Shown here: piece by piece, positions 38,941-49,221 of the stretch
How positions within the stretch are numbered: the first letter of the stretch is position 1
Layout: every line of letters begins with the position of its first letter
Assembly: GCA_965198115.1 (NCBI GenBank)
Contig: OZ240241.1
Location: forward strand, 2,624,001-2,688,000
Direction: 5' to 3'
DNA: 64,000 nucleotides
Source: Candidatus Latescibacterota bacterium
GTDB lineage: Bacteria; Latescibacterota; UBA2968
Program-made: the position numbers and the translations under genes
Notes under the pieces: model-generated
Databases searched by the model: none
Told to the model about the DNA's origin: nothing
What the model saw: only the letters and a program-made list of their open reading frames with translations

Positions 38941-40033
38941 GTGTCCGCGCTCCAGTAAGGTCGGCGTCAGCACGGTGGTCGGCGCCGATCGGGAGGGTAA
39001 GCGTGAACCGTGTTCCCTCCGGTGGCTTGCTCTCGACTTCGATACGACCGCCGTGTTCGTAGATCACACGCTGGGCGATCGACAAACCCATTCCGGTACC
39101 TTCTGCTTTCGTCGTGTAGTAGAGCTCGAAAACCCGATCGAGATCGACCGGGTCGATGCCGTGGCCGTCGTCGACCAGCGTCACCTTGATCGTGCCAGTT
39201 TCACAGTCGAGCGACGTCGTCGCGCGGAGGCTGCCGGTTCCTTCGATCGCGTGGAAGGCGTTGACCGCGAGATTGAGGATCGCCTGGCCGAGCTGGTTCT
39301 CGTCCCCTTCGATCGGCGGCAGGTCCGACGCGAGATCCAGTTCGAGTCGAACGCCGTATTCTCTCGCCTCCGGAGTCACGAGCTCGAAGACACGACGAAT
39401 CACGTCGTTCAGGTTCAGCGAAGCGAGTTCGAGCTGCGGGCTGCGGGAAAACCGAAGAAAGTTTCCGACGATTCGATCCAGCCGCTTGATCTCGGCGTCC
39501 GCCACGGCCAGCCTCCGAAGAAGAGACGCACGAATCTCCTCGTCGAGACCGTCGGCATCTTCGGCCAGCAGCTGAAGCTGGATGTTGACCGCGCCCAACG
39601 GGTTTCGAACCTCGTGCGCAACCGAAGCGGCAAGACGACCCAGGGCATTCATCCTTTCTGCCTGAAACATCTCCCGTTCCAGCCGTCTGAGATCCGACAC
39701 ATCGCGAAGCACGACGACCACGCCCTCGTCGCCGTCAAAGTCGAGTGTCGAAGTGTTGACTCGCAGGGGGCAAGGGCCCGCAGGCCCCTCGAACGTCACG
39801 TCTCGATGGTTCGCGTGCCTTCCCTCGTTCAGCGCCGCAGCCACGGTCGTTTTGATCTCGTCGCATCCCTCGAACAAGATCTCATAGTCCATATTCTCGG
39901 GGTGCCCATCCATACCAGTCAGCTCAATCACGTAACGATTGGCGGAGAGAACACGGCCGCTGCTCGAAACGGCCAGTATCCCCTCGCTGAGACTGTCGAG
40001 AATCGTCTGGTTGCGGTCCTGGAGTGTTTTCAC
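38930..40033 (-). CDS. Cytoplasmic PAS-domain histidine kinase (NtrB/AtoS-like)
   Basis: ILDSLSEGIL PAS domain, VAHEVRNPL, QAILNLAVNA, DDGHGI and TTKAEGTGMGL; no TM segment. Confidence 0.92.
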   Translation of the reverse strand: MKTLQDRNQTILDSLSEGILAVSSSGRVLSANRYVIELTGMDGHPENMDYEILFEGCDEIKTTVAAALNEGRHANHRDVTFEGPAGPCPLRVNTSTLDFDGDEGVVVVLRDVSDLRRLEREMFQAERMNALGRLAASVAHEVRNPLGAVNIQLQLLAEDADGLDEEIRASLLRRLAVADAEIKRLDRIVGNFLRFSRSPQLELASLNLNDVIRRVFELVTPEAREYGVRLELDLASDLPPIEGDENQLGQAILNLAVNAFHAIEGTGSLRATTSLDCETGTIKVTLVDDGHGIDPVDLDRVFELYYTTKAEGTGMGLSIAQRVIYEHGGRIEVESKPPEGTRFTLTLPIGADHRADADLTGARTRGR

Positions 40034-40211
40034 GGGTTTAGACGCCTTCCATTGCAATGGTGTGCTGAAGCTACGGCCGGCATCGCACTCTGGCAAACCC
40101 CGCCAGCGTCCGGTAGATAGACACCCCATCGAAGGCCCGAAACGGTATATTGCATATATACGAGTCGGCCCCGACCCCCGATGTGCCGCAAGACCTCAAA
40201 CCATCCGTTGA

Positions 40212-43200
40212 ATGTCATTGAACAACGCTCTCACTCAGCCTGCGCGTCCTGAGCACCACACGGCAGGACCGACCGACCTGCCCGACCGAATCCGGGATGG
40301 CCGCTCCCACCTGATCGGCGCGTGGAAGCGTCGCATCCTCGAAGATCCGTCCATACAGAAACGCGAGGATCACGACGAGACCGGGCCCCCCGAGCACTTC
40401 CTCGGCCTCATCCTCGAAGGCCTGGAGCATCCCGACGACTACGCAAACCTGAGGCGGCGCATTCGTGAGGGCGCCCTCGGAGCGCTCACCCCCGACGCCG
40501 CCTGCCGCTTCCTCCTCACACTCAAAACGATCCTCATCGAGTCGGGATTCGACCCTCACGAAACCCACGCCCGATTCGACGAGCTGCTCGTCCGGATCGC
40601 GCAATTCACGCACGAGCGTCGCTACGAGGAAATCCGTCAACAGGAGGCCGAGCGATCGCGCGCTCTCAATTTCCATCAGGACAGGCTGCAGACGCTGCTG
40701 GAAACCATGAACGAGGGGTTCACCGGTGTCGACGGCCTAGAGATGATCACCATTTTCAACCGTCGCATGGAGCAACTGACCGGCTACAGCCGGAAGGAGA
40801 TCATCGGCAAGCACATCTACAACCTCTACGCACCCGAGGCCCACGACGACATCCGTCGGCACCTGGACCGACGGCGTGGCGGCGAATCGTCCTCCTACCA
40901 GACGTTCATGCTCCACAAAGACGGACACCGCGTCCCGGTCCGCATTTCGGGCGCCCCCCTGCGCGATCACCACGACCGCCACATTGGGGCCTTCGCCGTC
41001 GTCACCGACATCAGCGAACAGGTGGAAGCCGAGGCCAAGCTCCGAGGCATCAACGAAGAGATCGCCCACCTCCTCGATCGGGAACGCAAACGAGCCGCCC
41101 ACTTCGCCATCGTCAACCAGGTTGCGCGGCTCGTTCTGTCGACACTCGATCCGAACGAAATCTTCGACCGCATCGTCCGGGCGGTGCGGGGCCACTTCCG
41201 ATATCACCACGCCACGCTGTTCCTGCTCGAAGGCGATGAACTCGTGATGAATGCCCAGGCTGGCGCCTACGAGCCCTACTTCTCCAAGGGCTACCGTCAG
41301 GCGCTCGGGACCGGCATTGTCGGTCACGTCGTGGCGTCGGGGGAGCCCTTGCTCGCGAACGACGTCGACCAGGAGCCCCGACGTGTACTCGCCTTTGCCG
41401 AAGAGGCCAACACGGGGGCCGAACTCTGCGTGCCCGTAAAGATCGGTAGCCGTGTTCTCGGCGCCATCGATGTTCAGACCGTCGACCGCCACCAGTTCGA
41501 CGAAAGTGACCTGACGTCGCTCCAGATTCTGGCCGACCAGCTCGCGTGGGTGATTCACAACGCGCGGCTCTACCAGGAGACCCTGCAGCTCAAAGAGTTC
41601 AACGAACAGGTTCTCCGAAATACACCGCTCCCGATCATCCTGCTCACGCCCGACTACCGTGTCGTGTCGGCCAACCAGAGCTACCTGATGCATCGAGGGA
41701 TGAGCGCCGAAGACCTCCTTGGGAAATCCCTCGACGAAGCGGTGCCCGATTCATTTCTCGTCACCGATGAAGGGCGCGAAGCCGTCGCCCAGGCCCTCAA
41801 GACAGGCGAGCCGCTCACACTCGAACGCCGGACCGTACCCCGCGGGGCCTTCCAGAACAGGATCGTCGACATCCGGATCTCCCGCGTCGTCGCACCAGAG
41901 GGACCGCCCCTCGCCCTGGTCGTAATCGAGGACCTGACCGAAACCCTCGACAAAGCCTACGAATCGTCGCTGCTGCGTCGAGTCGGACAGGTCATGCAGG
42001 GTATTCTGGACCTGGATCGTCTGCTCTACGCGATCCTCACGTGCGTCACCGCAGGCACAGCCCTCCGGTTCAACCGGGCCGTCCTCCTCCTCGTGAACGA
42101 CGAGAACGGCGTCCTCGAAGGAAAGATCGGCGTCGGACCTTCCAGCCCCGATGAAGCTACACAGATCTGGACAGAACTCGGTCCCCGCAACCTGACGGTC
42201 GACGAGATCCTCGCCGACTACGACGCCGAACCGGGTCGTGCGGATTCGCCGCTCACCCGTGCCGCTCGCGGCATCCGAATCGCCACCGACGATCCCGACG
42301 ATCTCCTCGCCCGGGCGATTCAGACACGCGAAACCTGTCTCGTGACCGAAGAAGACTCGCTGTCGATCAGCCCGACCCTCTGGTCCGCCCTCGGAACGCA
42401 CCACTTCGTCGCCGTGCCTCTCGTCACGCGCGACAGGGTTCTCGGGCTGATCCTCGCCGACAATCTCTACAGCGGCGCGCCCATCACCGAGGACAGCGTC
42501 GACCTGCTCACCGCCTTCGCGGGACACGCCGCGTTGGCGCTCGACAACGCCGAGCTGTATCATCAGCTTGAGGAACAGGTCTACGAAGTCGAGCGGGCTT
42601 ACGTCGAGCTCGAACGGACACAGGGCGAACTCGTTCAATCCGAACGACTGGCCGTCATCGGACAGATGTCGGCGCGGATTGCTCACGAGATTCGGAATCC
42701 CCTCGCCACCATCGGTGGCTTCGCGAATTCGATCCTGAAAAGACCCGACCCCGATCGCGTGCACCGGGCAGCCTCGATAATCGCCGACGAGGTGACACGC
42801 CTCGAGGCCTTGCTACGCGACACGCTGACCTTCACCCGGCCGACTCAGCCGAGCCTGTCACCAACCGATCTTCGTGGCCTCGTCGGCGAAGTGCGCGATC
42901 TCCTTGAGGAAGACCTCGAAATCTTCGGCATCGACTACGACGAGGGGATAGACCCCGAAACGCCGTTCCTCCAGCTCGACGCCGGCCAGATCAAGCAGGT
43001 CCTGATTAACATCACGCAGAACGCTGTTCAGGCCATGCCATCGGGTGGCGTCCTGACCGTTCGCGTTCATCGCACCGACGAAGAGGGTGTCCGACGCGTG
43101 AGGTTGACGGTGCAAGACACGGGTGATGGCATCAAGGCCGACGATCTCGAATCGATCTTCAGCCCGTTCTTCACGACGAAAACCTACGGAACCGGACTCG

Positions 43201-43307
43201 GTCTCGTGATCTCCAAGCAGATCATCGAAGACCACGGTGGACAGATCGCCGCCACGAGCACCTTCGGGCAGGGTACGACGATCTGCATCGATCTGCCGGA
43301 GGCCTGA
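40212..43307 (+). CDS. Cytoplasmic multi-sensor histidine kinase (PAS-GAF-PAS-GAF-HisKA-HATPase)
   Basis: PAS (LLETMNEG...TGYSRKEIIGK), GAF (GIVGHV..SGEP, FDESD), second PAS and GAF, IAHEIRNPL, DTGDGI and FFTTK..GTGLGL. Confidence 0.92.
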   Translation: MSLNNALTQPARPEHHTAGPTDLPDRIRDGRSHLIGAWKRRILEDPSIQKREDHDETGPPEHFLGLILEGLEHPDDYANLRRRIREGALGALTPDAACRFLLTLKTILIESGFDPHETHARFDELLVRIAQFTHERRYEEIRQQEAERSRALNFHQDRLQTLLETMNEGFTGVDGLEMITIFNRRMEQLTGYSRKEIIGKHIYNLYAPEAHDDIRRHLDRRRGGESSSYQTFMLHKDGHRVPVRISGAPLRDHHDRHIGAFAVVTDISEQVEAEAKLRGINEEIAHLLDRERKRAAHFAIVNQVARLVLSTLDPNEIFDRIVRAVRGHFRYHHATLFLLEGDELVMNAQAGAYEPYFSKGYRQALGTGIVGHVVASGEPLLANDVDQEPRRVLAFAEEANTGAELCVPVKIGSRVLGAIDVQTVDRHQFDESDLTSLQILADQLAWVIHNARLYQETLQLKEFNEQVLRNTPLPIILLTPDYRVVSANQSYLMHRGMSAEDLLGKSLDEAVPDSFLVTDEGREAVAQALKTGEPLTLERRTVPRGAFQNRIVDIRISRVVAPEGPPLALVVIEDLTETLDKAYESSLLRRVGQVMQGILDLDRLLYAILTCVTAGTALRFNRAVLLLVNDENGVLEGKIGVGPSSPDEATQIWTELGPRNLTVDEILADYDAEPGRADSPLTRAARGIRIATDDPDDLLARAIQTRETCLVTEEDSLSISPTLWSALGTHHFVAVPLVTRDRVLGLILADNLYSGAPITEDSVDLLTAFAGHAALALDNAELYHQLEEQVYEVERAYVELERTQGELVQSERLAVIGQMSARIAHEIRNPLATIGGFANSILKRPDPDRVHRAASIIADEVTRLEALLRDTLTFTRPTQPSLSPTDLRGLVGEVRDLLEEDLEIFGIDYDEGIDPETPFLQLDAGQIKQVLINITQNAVQAMPSGGVLTVRVHRTDEEGVRRVRLTVQDTGDGIKADDLESIFSPFFTTKTYGTGLGLVISKQIIEDHGGQIAATSTFGQGTTICIDLPEA

Positions 43308-43326
43308 CTTTCCTAGGAGCATCACC

Positions 43327-43695
43327 ATGGCACGACTACTCGTTGCAGACGACGACAAAAACCTGGCCCTGCTCTACGAGCAGGAACTGACCGATGTGGG
43401 CTACGACGTCGATGTCGTGCACGACGCGCGGCAGGCGATCGCCCGGGTCGAGTCGGACCCGCCCGATCTGCTCATCCTGGACATTCAGATGCCGGGAATG
43501 GACGGGATCGAGGCGCTCAGCCACATCCTGGGGAAGAACAATCAGCTGCCCGTCATCCTCAACACCGCCTACAGCAACTATAAAGACAACTTCATGACCT
43601 GGTCGGCCGACGCGTATGTGGTGAAATCCTCGGACCTGACCGAGCTGAAGACCACGATCGAGAGCATCCTCGAGCAACGATCTAACCATGCCTGA
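43327..43695 (+). CDS. Single-domain response regulator (receiver only)
   Basis: LLVADDD, ILDIQMPGMDG, LNTAY and ADAYVVKS. Confidence 0.92.
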   Translation: MARLLVADDDKNLALLYEQELTDVGYDVDVVHDARQAIARVESDPPDLLILDIQMPGMDGIEALSHILGKNNQLPVILNTAYSNYKDNFMTWSADAYVVKSSDLTELKTTIESILEQRSNHA

Positions 43696-44916
43696 TGTGC
43701 CCGAACGAGCTCCCCTCCACCTCCTCCAGAACACGCTCACGTTCCTGCTCGCGGGCGGCCAGGGGGAACGACTCTACCCGCTCACCCGCGACAGGGCCAA
43801 GCCGGCGGTGCCTTTCGGGGGCGTCTACCGGATCGTCGACTTCACGCTCTCGAACTGCCTGAACTCGCATCTTCGCAAAATCTACGTGCTCACCCAGTAC
43901 CGCTCGAGCTCGCTCGACCACCACATTCAGGGTGGCTGGTCGATCCTTTCTCCGGAGCTCGGAGAATACGTGTTCACACTCCCCCCGCAGCTTCGACTGG
44001 CACAGAACTGGTATCGGGGAACGGCCGACGCCATCCTGCACAATCTCTACGTCCTCGAGCAGGAGCGTCCCGAGCGCGTCCTGATCGTGTCCGGCGATCA
44101 CGTCTACAAGATGGACTACGGTGCCATGGTGGCACGTCACCACGCCGCGCACGCCGAACTCACGATTGCCTGCATCGAGGTTCCTCTCGATGTAGCTCCG
44201 GAGCTCGGCATCATGCAGATCGATTCCGAAGGCCGAATCATCGGCTTCGAAGAAAAGCCCCAGAACCCGAAGCCCCTTCCCGGCAGCACCACGCACGCGC
44301 TGGCGTCCATGGGGGTCTACGTTTTCGAAACGGAGATCCTCGCCCGATACGTCTCCGAAGACGCCAAACGCGATACCGCCCACGATTTTGGAAAAAACAT
44401 CATCCCCGCCGTCGTAAAAAACGGGCAGGCCTTCGCATTCAACTTCAAAGACGGCAACCGCAACCCGACCGTCTACTGGCGAGACATCGGACTACTCGAC
44501 GCCTACTGGCAGGCCCACATGGACCTCGTCGAACCCGAACCGCCGTTCGACCTGTTCGATCCATCGTGGCCGATCCGGACCTACAATCCCCCGTGCCCGC
44601 CGACCGCCGCTCCGGCGAAGAAGGGGGCGTTCGTCACAGCATCATTTCGGGGGGGTGTATCATCCGGCGTGCCGACGTAACCCGATGCGTCCTGTCGAAC
44701 CGCGTCACCGTCGACCAGGGAGCCAAGCTGGAACAGTCCGTACTCTTGGAGGGCGCCAGAGTCGAACCGGGCGCGGAAGTGCGTCGCGCCATTCTCGACG
44801 AAGGCGTCAGGGTATCGTCGAACGCACGGATCGGGGTCGATCCGGCAAAGGACCGCGAACGCTTCACGACCACGCAGGGAGGTGTGGTCGTCGTTCCCAA
44901 GGGCATGGCGCTATAA
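43688..44916 (+). CDS. glgC: Glucose-1-phosphate adenylyltransferase (frameshift near 44603)
   Basis: LAGGQGERLYPLTRDRAKPAVPFGG, WYRGTADA, GDHVYKMDY, FEEKP and YWRDIG. The C-terminal beta-helix (SIISGGCII...GGVVVVPKG*) is in ORF 44566..44916. Confidence 0.92.
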
Positions 44917-47582
44917 TGGCGGAGACGACCGAAACCATACACGATCTGTCCCAGGCGCTTTCGAAGGCCAACCACGGACAGGCCAGGCTCGGCGCGCTCA
45001 GAAAGTTCGTCGACGACACGTGGGAAAGGGCCCAGAGTCGTCACGCCGCAGGGGAATCGGGACTCGAGGTCGTTACGTCCCTGACCGCGGCAATCGACCG
45101 ACTCGTACACACACTCTTCGTCGAGGCCGTCGAAACCCACGGCGTGCCCGACTCGGCCGGCTACGCCGTCATCGCGCTCGGTGGCTACGGCCGCGGCCAC
45201 CTCAGTCCAGGTTCAGACATCGACCTCCTCTTCCTGTTCGGTCGCGTCACCGAGGGCGACCCGGTCACACGGTCCATCCTCCACACATTGTGGGATCTAC
45301 GCTTCGAGGTCGGTTATAGCACGAGAACCGTTTCCGACTGCGTGACCGCCGGGCAGGAGGACGTGGAATCGCTCACGTCCATGCTCGAAAGCCGGCTACT
45401 CGCCGGCGACCCCGACCTTTTCGGCACCTACCGAACCACGATCGAATCGCGATTCACGGGACGCCGGGCGCGGGGCTTCGTACAGCAGAAAATTCGTGAA
45501 CGCGAGCAACGCCATCTTCGCGCTGGGCTTTCCGTCCAGCTCCAGGAGCCCAACCTGAAGGAGAATCCGGGTGGCCTCCGCGACACCCACACAGTCGGCT
45601 GGCTCCTGAAGGCCCGGCGAAACACCGTAGCCCCCGACGGACTGCTCCAAGAGCGACTGCTCAACAGAAGGAGCTACAACGCCTACGTCGAGGCCTTCGA
45701 CTTCCTGCTCCGCATCCGAAGCCAGCTGCATTTCCAAACCGGCAAGAAACACGATGTCCTGGATTACGATCTTCAACCACAGGTTGCTTCGGCGCTGGGC
45801 TACAGGAGTGAAGGTGAAGAACTCGCGGTCGAACGCTTCATGCGGGACTACTACCTTCACGCCAGGACCATCAACCACCTCACCGATCTCGTCTGCGAAC
45901 GACTGAAGACCCAGCCGTCGATGAACCGAGCCGTCGACCTCATCGTCCGAAGAGAACTGGACGATGGCGCTCTGCTCTCCCACACACGTGTCCAGCTGCC
46001 CAAGCGGCGAAGGACCTTCTTCGAAGACGACCCTCATCGCCTGCTCAGCCTGTTCCTCGACGCCCAGAGCTTCGGGGCTCACATCAACGAAGCGGCCCAG
46101 CAGGGCATCAAGGACAATCTTCACCTGATCGACGACACCCTCAGGACATCACCCAAGGCCGCCAAAATTTTCCTCGACATCCTGCGCGGGCCCTTAGCGG
46201 TCGCAGCGACACTGCGCCAGATGCACGAGCTCGGCGTCCTCGGCGCCTACATCCCGGAGTTCGGGGGGTTGACCTGCCTCGTACAGTACAACCTCTACCA
46301 CGTATACACGGCCGACGAACACACACTCGTCGCCCTGCAGAATCTCGAAAGACTCGGAGACGAGACCCAGCCGCAGGACTTACGCTCCCTCCATCGTGTT
46401 TTTCGCGAAGTCGCCCGCCCCGAGCTGCTCTACCTGGGCTTGCTGCTCCACGATGCGGGCAAGGCTGTCCGCGGCGAGGATCACAGCGTCGTTGGCGCCG
46501 AAATGGCCAGAAACTTCCTCACACGTCTGGGCATGCCCGAGGCCCACATCGCGACCGTCGAACGCCTGGTCCTCAAGCACCTGACCATGTCGCACATATC
46601 GCAGCGTCGCGACCTCGACGACGAAAGTCTGTTGCAGGAGTTCGCCGAGGAGGTGGACGACCCCCACACGCTTCGCATGCTGTATCTCCTGACGTATGCG
46701 GATCTGTCCGCGGTCACCCGCACCGCGTGGACGGCCTGGAAGGGGCACCTGCTCTGGGAACTGTTCGTCAAGGCCTTCAACCACCTGACGGGGCACGAGC
46801 GGTTGGGCGAAAGCCAGAGACATCAGGAGAACGTGACCGCGCTGGTCGAAGGGTTGTCCGACCGGTACGAGCCCAACGTGGTCCGCGATCATCTCGAACG
46901 TCTGCCGCCACGCTACGCCGAAACCAGCAGCGAGGAAGAGATCGCCCGCCACCTCGACATGATCGAGGAACTCGCTACCCACACGGCGTCCATCCGGTTC
47001 ACGCGGTCGGGGCTCTTTACCGAAGTCGTCCTCTGCACTCACGACCACCCCTATAGACTCTCCCAGATCTGCGGGGTGCTCGCCACGAATGACCTCAGCG
47101 TATTCAGCGCACAGGCCTACACACGAGCCGACGGGGCCGTGCTCGACACGTTCCAGGTCACCGGCCCCGATGGCACCGCCGAGGTCGAAGACACGCGAAA
47201 GAAGCGCTTCATCGAGCAGCTCATCGACGTCCTCGAGCAAAAAACGCCCGTCAGCGACCTCTTCGATCGCCACCGGGAGCGATGGTCACGCCGTCGGCGA
47301 CCCACATACGGTTCGAACGTGGAAGTTCGTGTGGAAAACGACGTCTCCGACGAGCACACAGTCATCGACATCTTCGCCCCCGACGAGACCGGTCTGCTCT
47401 TCAGGATCACGCAGGCCCTCTCCGACTTCGACCTGGATATCGCCACCGCCCGGATCGGGACTCAAGCCGACAGGGCCATCGACGCCTTCTACGTCCGCCA
47501 CAAGAGAGACGGCAAGATCGCCGACCCGGAGCGCCTTGAAGCGCTCCAAACACAACTCCTTCAAAAACTGACCGATACCTAA
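44916..47582 (+). CDS. glnD: [Protein-PII] uridylyltransferase / uridylyl-removing enzyme
   Basis: ALGGYGRG..SPGSDIDLLFL, EPNLKENPGGLRD, HVYTADEH, LLHDAGK (HD domain) and two C-terminal ACT domains. The ATG overlaps the glgC stop (TAATG). Confidence 0.95.
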   Translation: MAETTETIHDLSQALSKANHGQARLGALRKFVDDTWERAQSRHAAGESGLEVVTSLTAAIDRLVHTLFVEAVETHGVPDSAGYAVIALGGYGRGHLSPGSDIDLLFLFGRVTEGDPVTRSILHTLWDLRFEVGYSTRTVSDCVTAGQEDVESLTSMLESRLLAGDPDLFGTYRTTIESRFTGRRARGFVQQKIREREQRHLRAGLSVQLQEPNLKENPGGLRDTHTVGWLLKARRNTVAPDGLLQERLLNRRSYNAYVEAFDFLLRIRSQLHFQTGKKHDVLDYDLQPQVASALGYRSEGEELAVERFMRDYYLHARTINHLTDLVCERLKTQPSMNRAVDLIVRRELDDGALLSHTRVQLPKRRRTFFEDDPHRLLSLFLDAQSFGAHINEAAQQGIKDNLHLIDDTLRTSPKAAKIFLDILRGPLAVAATLRQMHELGVLGAYIPEFGGLTCLVQYNLYHVYTADEHTLVALQNLERLGDETQPQDLRSLHRVFREVARPELLYLGLLLHDAGKAVRGEDHSVVGAEMARNFLTRLGMPEAHIATVERLVLKHLTMSHISQRRDLDDESLLQEFAEEVDDPHTLRMLYLLTYADLSAVTRTAWTAWKGHLLWELFVKAFNHLTGHERLGESQRHQENVTALVEGLSDRYEPNVVRDHLERLPPRYAETSSEEEIARHLDMIEELATHTASIRFTRSGLFTEVVLCTHDHPYRLSQICGVLATNDLSVFSAQAYTRADGAVLDTFQVTGPDGTAEVEDTRKKRFIEQLIDVLEQKTPVSDLFDRHRERWSRRRRPTYGSNVEVRVENDVSDEHTVIDIFAPDETGLLFRITQALSDFDLDIATARIGTQADRAIDAFYVRHKRDGKIADPERLEALQTQLLQKLTDT

Positions 47583-47589
47583 AAAATCC

Positions 47590-47618
47590 TTGACAAGGCC
47601 CGACACATGCCTTACTTC
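47590..47618 (+). promoter_or_regulatory. sigma70-type promoter of rho
   Basis: Perfect -35 TTGACA, then N17 and TACTTC (weak -10). Confidence 0.5.
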
Positions 47619-47849
47619 TTTTGTATCTGTCTACCACCATATCTTAATTTTGAGGCTTGGGCCTCGCCCCCATCCGCATCAATCCTCCTGAATTTCAAAC
47701 CGATCCTCGCAGCCTAAATCGATCGATCCCCTGACCAACCTGACCTAGTCCGACAAACCGCTCGATTCCGAATCTGTCGCCATTCCCCGTTCCGGGGCAC
47801 CCCCTACCGGGACCGCATCGCTACGCGCAACACAGAAGGACCTTACGAG

Positions 47850-49136
47850 TTGCCTATGGAAAAGCAGAAACCCGATAAACTCGACATCCTCGAGCTTCAG
47901 GAAATGACCATTCCCGAGCTCAGCAAGCTGGCCGGAAACCTTGGGATCAACGGCTACAGCAGCCTCCGCAAGCAGGAGTTGATTTTCTCGATCTTGCAGG
48001 CGCAGACCGAGCGGAGCGGGCTCATATTCGCGCAGGGCGTCCTGGAGATCCTCGAGGACGGGTTTGGATTCCTCCGATCGCCCAAGTACAACTACCTGCC
48101 GGGCCCCGACGACATCTACGTCTCACACTCTCAGATCAAGCGGTTCAACCTCCGAACGGGCGATACCGTCTCCGGTCAAATCCGCCCTCCCAAGGGCGAC
48201 GAAAAATACTTCGCCCTCATCAGGGTCGAGGCCGTCAACCTCACCGACCCCGAAAAAGCCAAACAGAAGATCATCTTCGACAACCTCACCCCTCTGCATC
48301 CGACCGAGCAGATTAAACTCGAGCACAACAGGGGTGAGCTTTCAACCCGGGTTATGAACCTCCTCACGCCCATCGGGAAGGGCCAGCGAGGCATGATCGT
48401 CGCTCCCCCGTTCACGGGTAAGACGATGCTGCTGCAAAAAATCGCGAACGCGATCACGCACAATCATCCCGACATCTCGCTCATCGTATTGCTCATCGAC
48501 GAGCGACCGGAGGAAGTCACGGATATGCTCCGCTCGGTCAAGGGCGAGGTCATCAGCTCCACGTTCGACGAGCCCCCGACACGCCACGTCCAGGTCGCCG
48601 ACATGGTCATCGAGAAAGCCAAACGCCTGGTCGAACACCAGCAAGACGTCGTTATCCTTCTCGACAGCATCACGCGACTGGCGCGCGCCTACAACATGGT
48701 CGTTCCTCACAGCGGCCGGATCCTGACGGGCGGTCTGGATTCGAGCGCCATGCAATGGCCCAAACGGTTCTTCGGCGCCGCACGTAATATCGAGGAGGGA
48801 GGCAGCCTCACCATCGTGGCCACCGCCCTCGTCGAGACAGGCAGCCGGATGGACGACGTGATCTTCGAGGAATTCAAGGGCACGGGCAACATGGAGCTCA
48901 AGCTCGACCGTCGGCTCAGCAACAGGCGGGTGTTCCCAGCGATCGATGTCACGCAATCGAGCACGCGAAAGGAAGAGCTGCTCCTGGGCGAAAAGGAGCT
49001 GAACCGCGTCTGGATTCTGCGCAAGCTGCTCAACCAGATGCCCATCATCGAGGCGATGGAATTCCTTCAGGAACGGATGGGTCACAGCGAGACGAACGAA
49101 GAGTTCCTGGCCTCCATGAACGAACCCGTTTTGTAA
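47850..49136 (+). CDS. rho: Transcription termination factor Rho
   Basis: [53 protein letters not shown] and [10 protein letters not shown]. Start is TTG 47850 or ATG 47856. Confidence 0.98.
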   Translation: MPMEKQKPDKLDILELQEMTIPELSKLAGNLGINGYSSLRKQELIFSILQAQTERSGLIFAQGVLEILEDGFGFLRSPKYNYLPGPDDIYVSHSQIKRFNLRTGDTVSGQIRPPKGDEKYFALIRVEAVNLTDPEKAKQKIIFDNLTPLHPTEQIKLEHNRGELSTRVMNLLTPIGKGQRGMIVAPPFTGKTMLLQKIANAITHNHPDISLIVLLIDERPEEVTDMLRSVKGEVISSTFDEPPTRHVQVADMVIEKAKRLVEHQQDVVILLDSITRLARAYNMVVPHSGRILTGGLDSSAMQWPKRFFGAARNIEEGGSLTIVATALVETGSRMDDVIFEEFKGTGNMELKLDRRLSNRRVFPAIDVTQSSTRKEELLLGEKELNRVWILRKLLNQMPIIEAMEFLQERMGHSETNEEFLASMNEPVL

Positions 49137-49144
49137 CCCCAAAA

Positions 49145-49173
49145 TTGCGCAGAACATCCCGGTTGGCTATATT
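49145..49173 (+). promoter_or_regulatory. sigma70-type promoter of rpmE
   Basis: TTGCGC-N17-TATATT. Confidence 0.5.
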
Positions 49174-49221
49174 TCTCGCCTTGAGATTCACCAACTGCTG
49201 ATTCGTCGATCAGAGGCTTAT

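Noticed and set aside
40078-40110. sigma54 promoter in the divergent kinase intergenic region
   Set aside because: The TGGC...TTGC spacing is wrong for a -24/-12 element.
38921-40120. Long antisense and alternative-frame ORFs (also 25656-26684, 54880-56220, 56903-58195, 60109-61692)
   Set aside because: They shadow well-supported genes and are expected in high-GC DNA; no motifs.
44590-44620. Programmed ribosomal frameshift in glgC or the other split genes
   Set aside because: No slippery heptamer or stimulatory structure seen; sequencing error is simpler.
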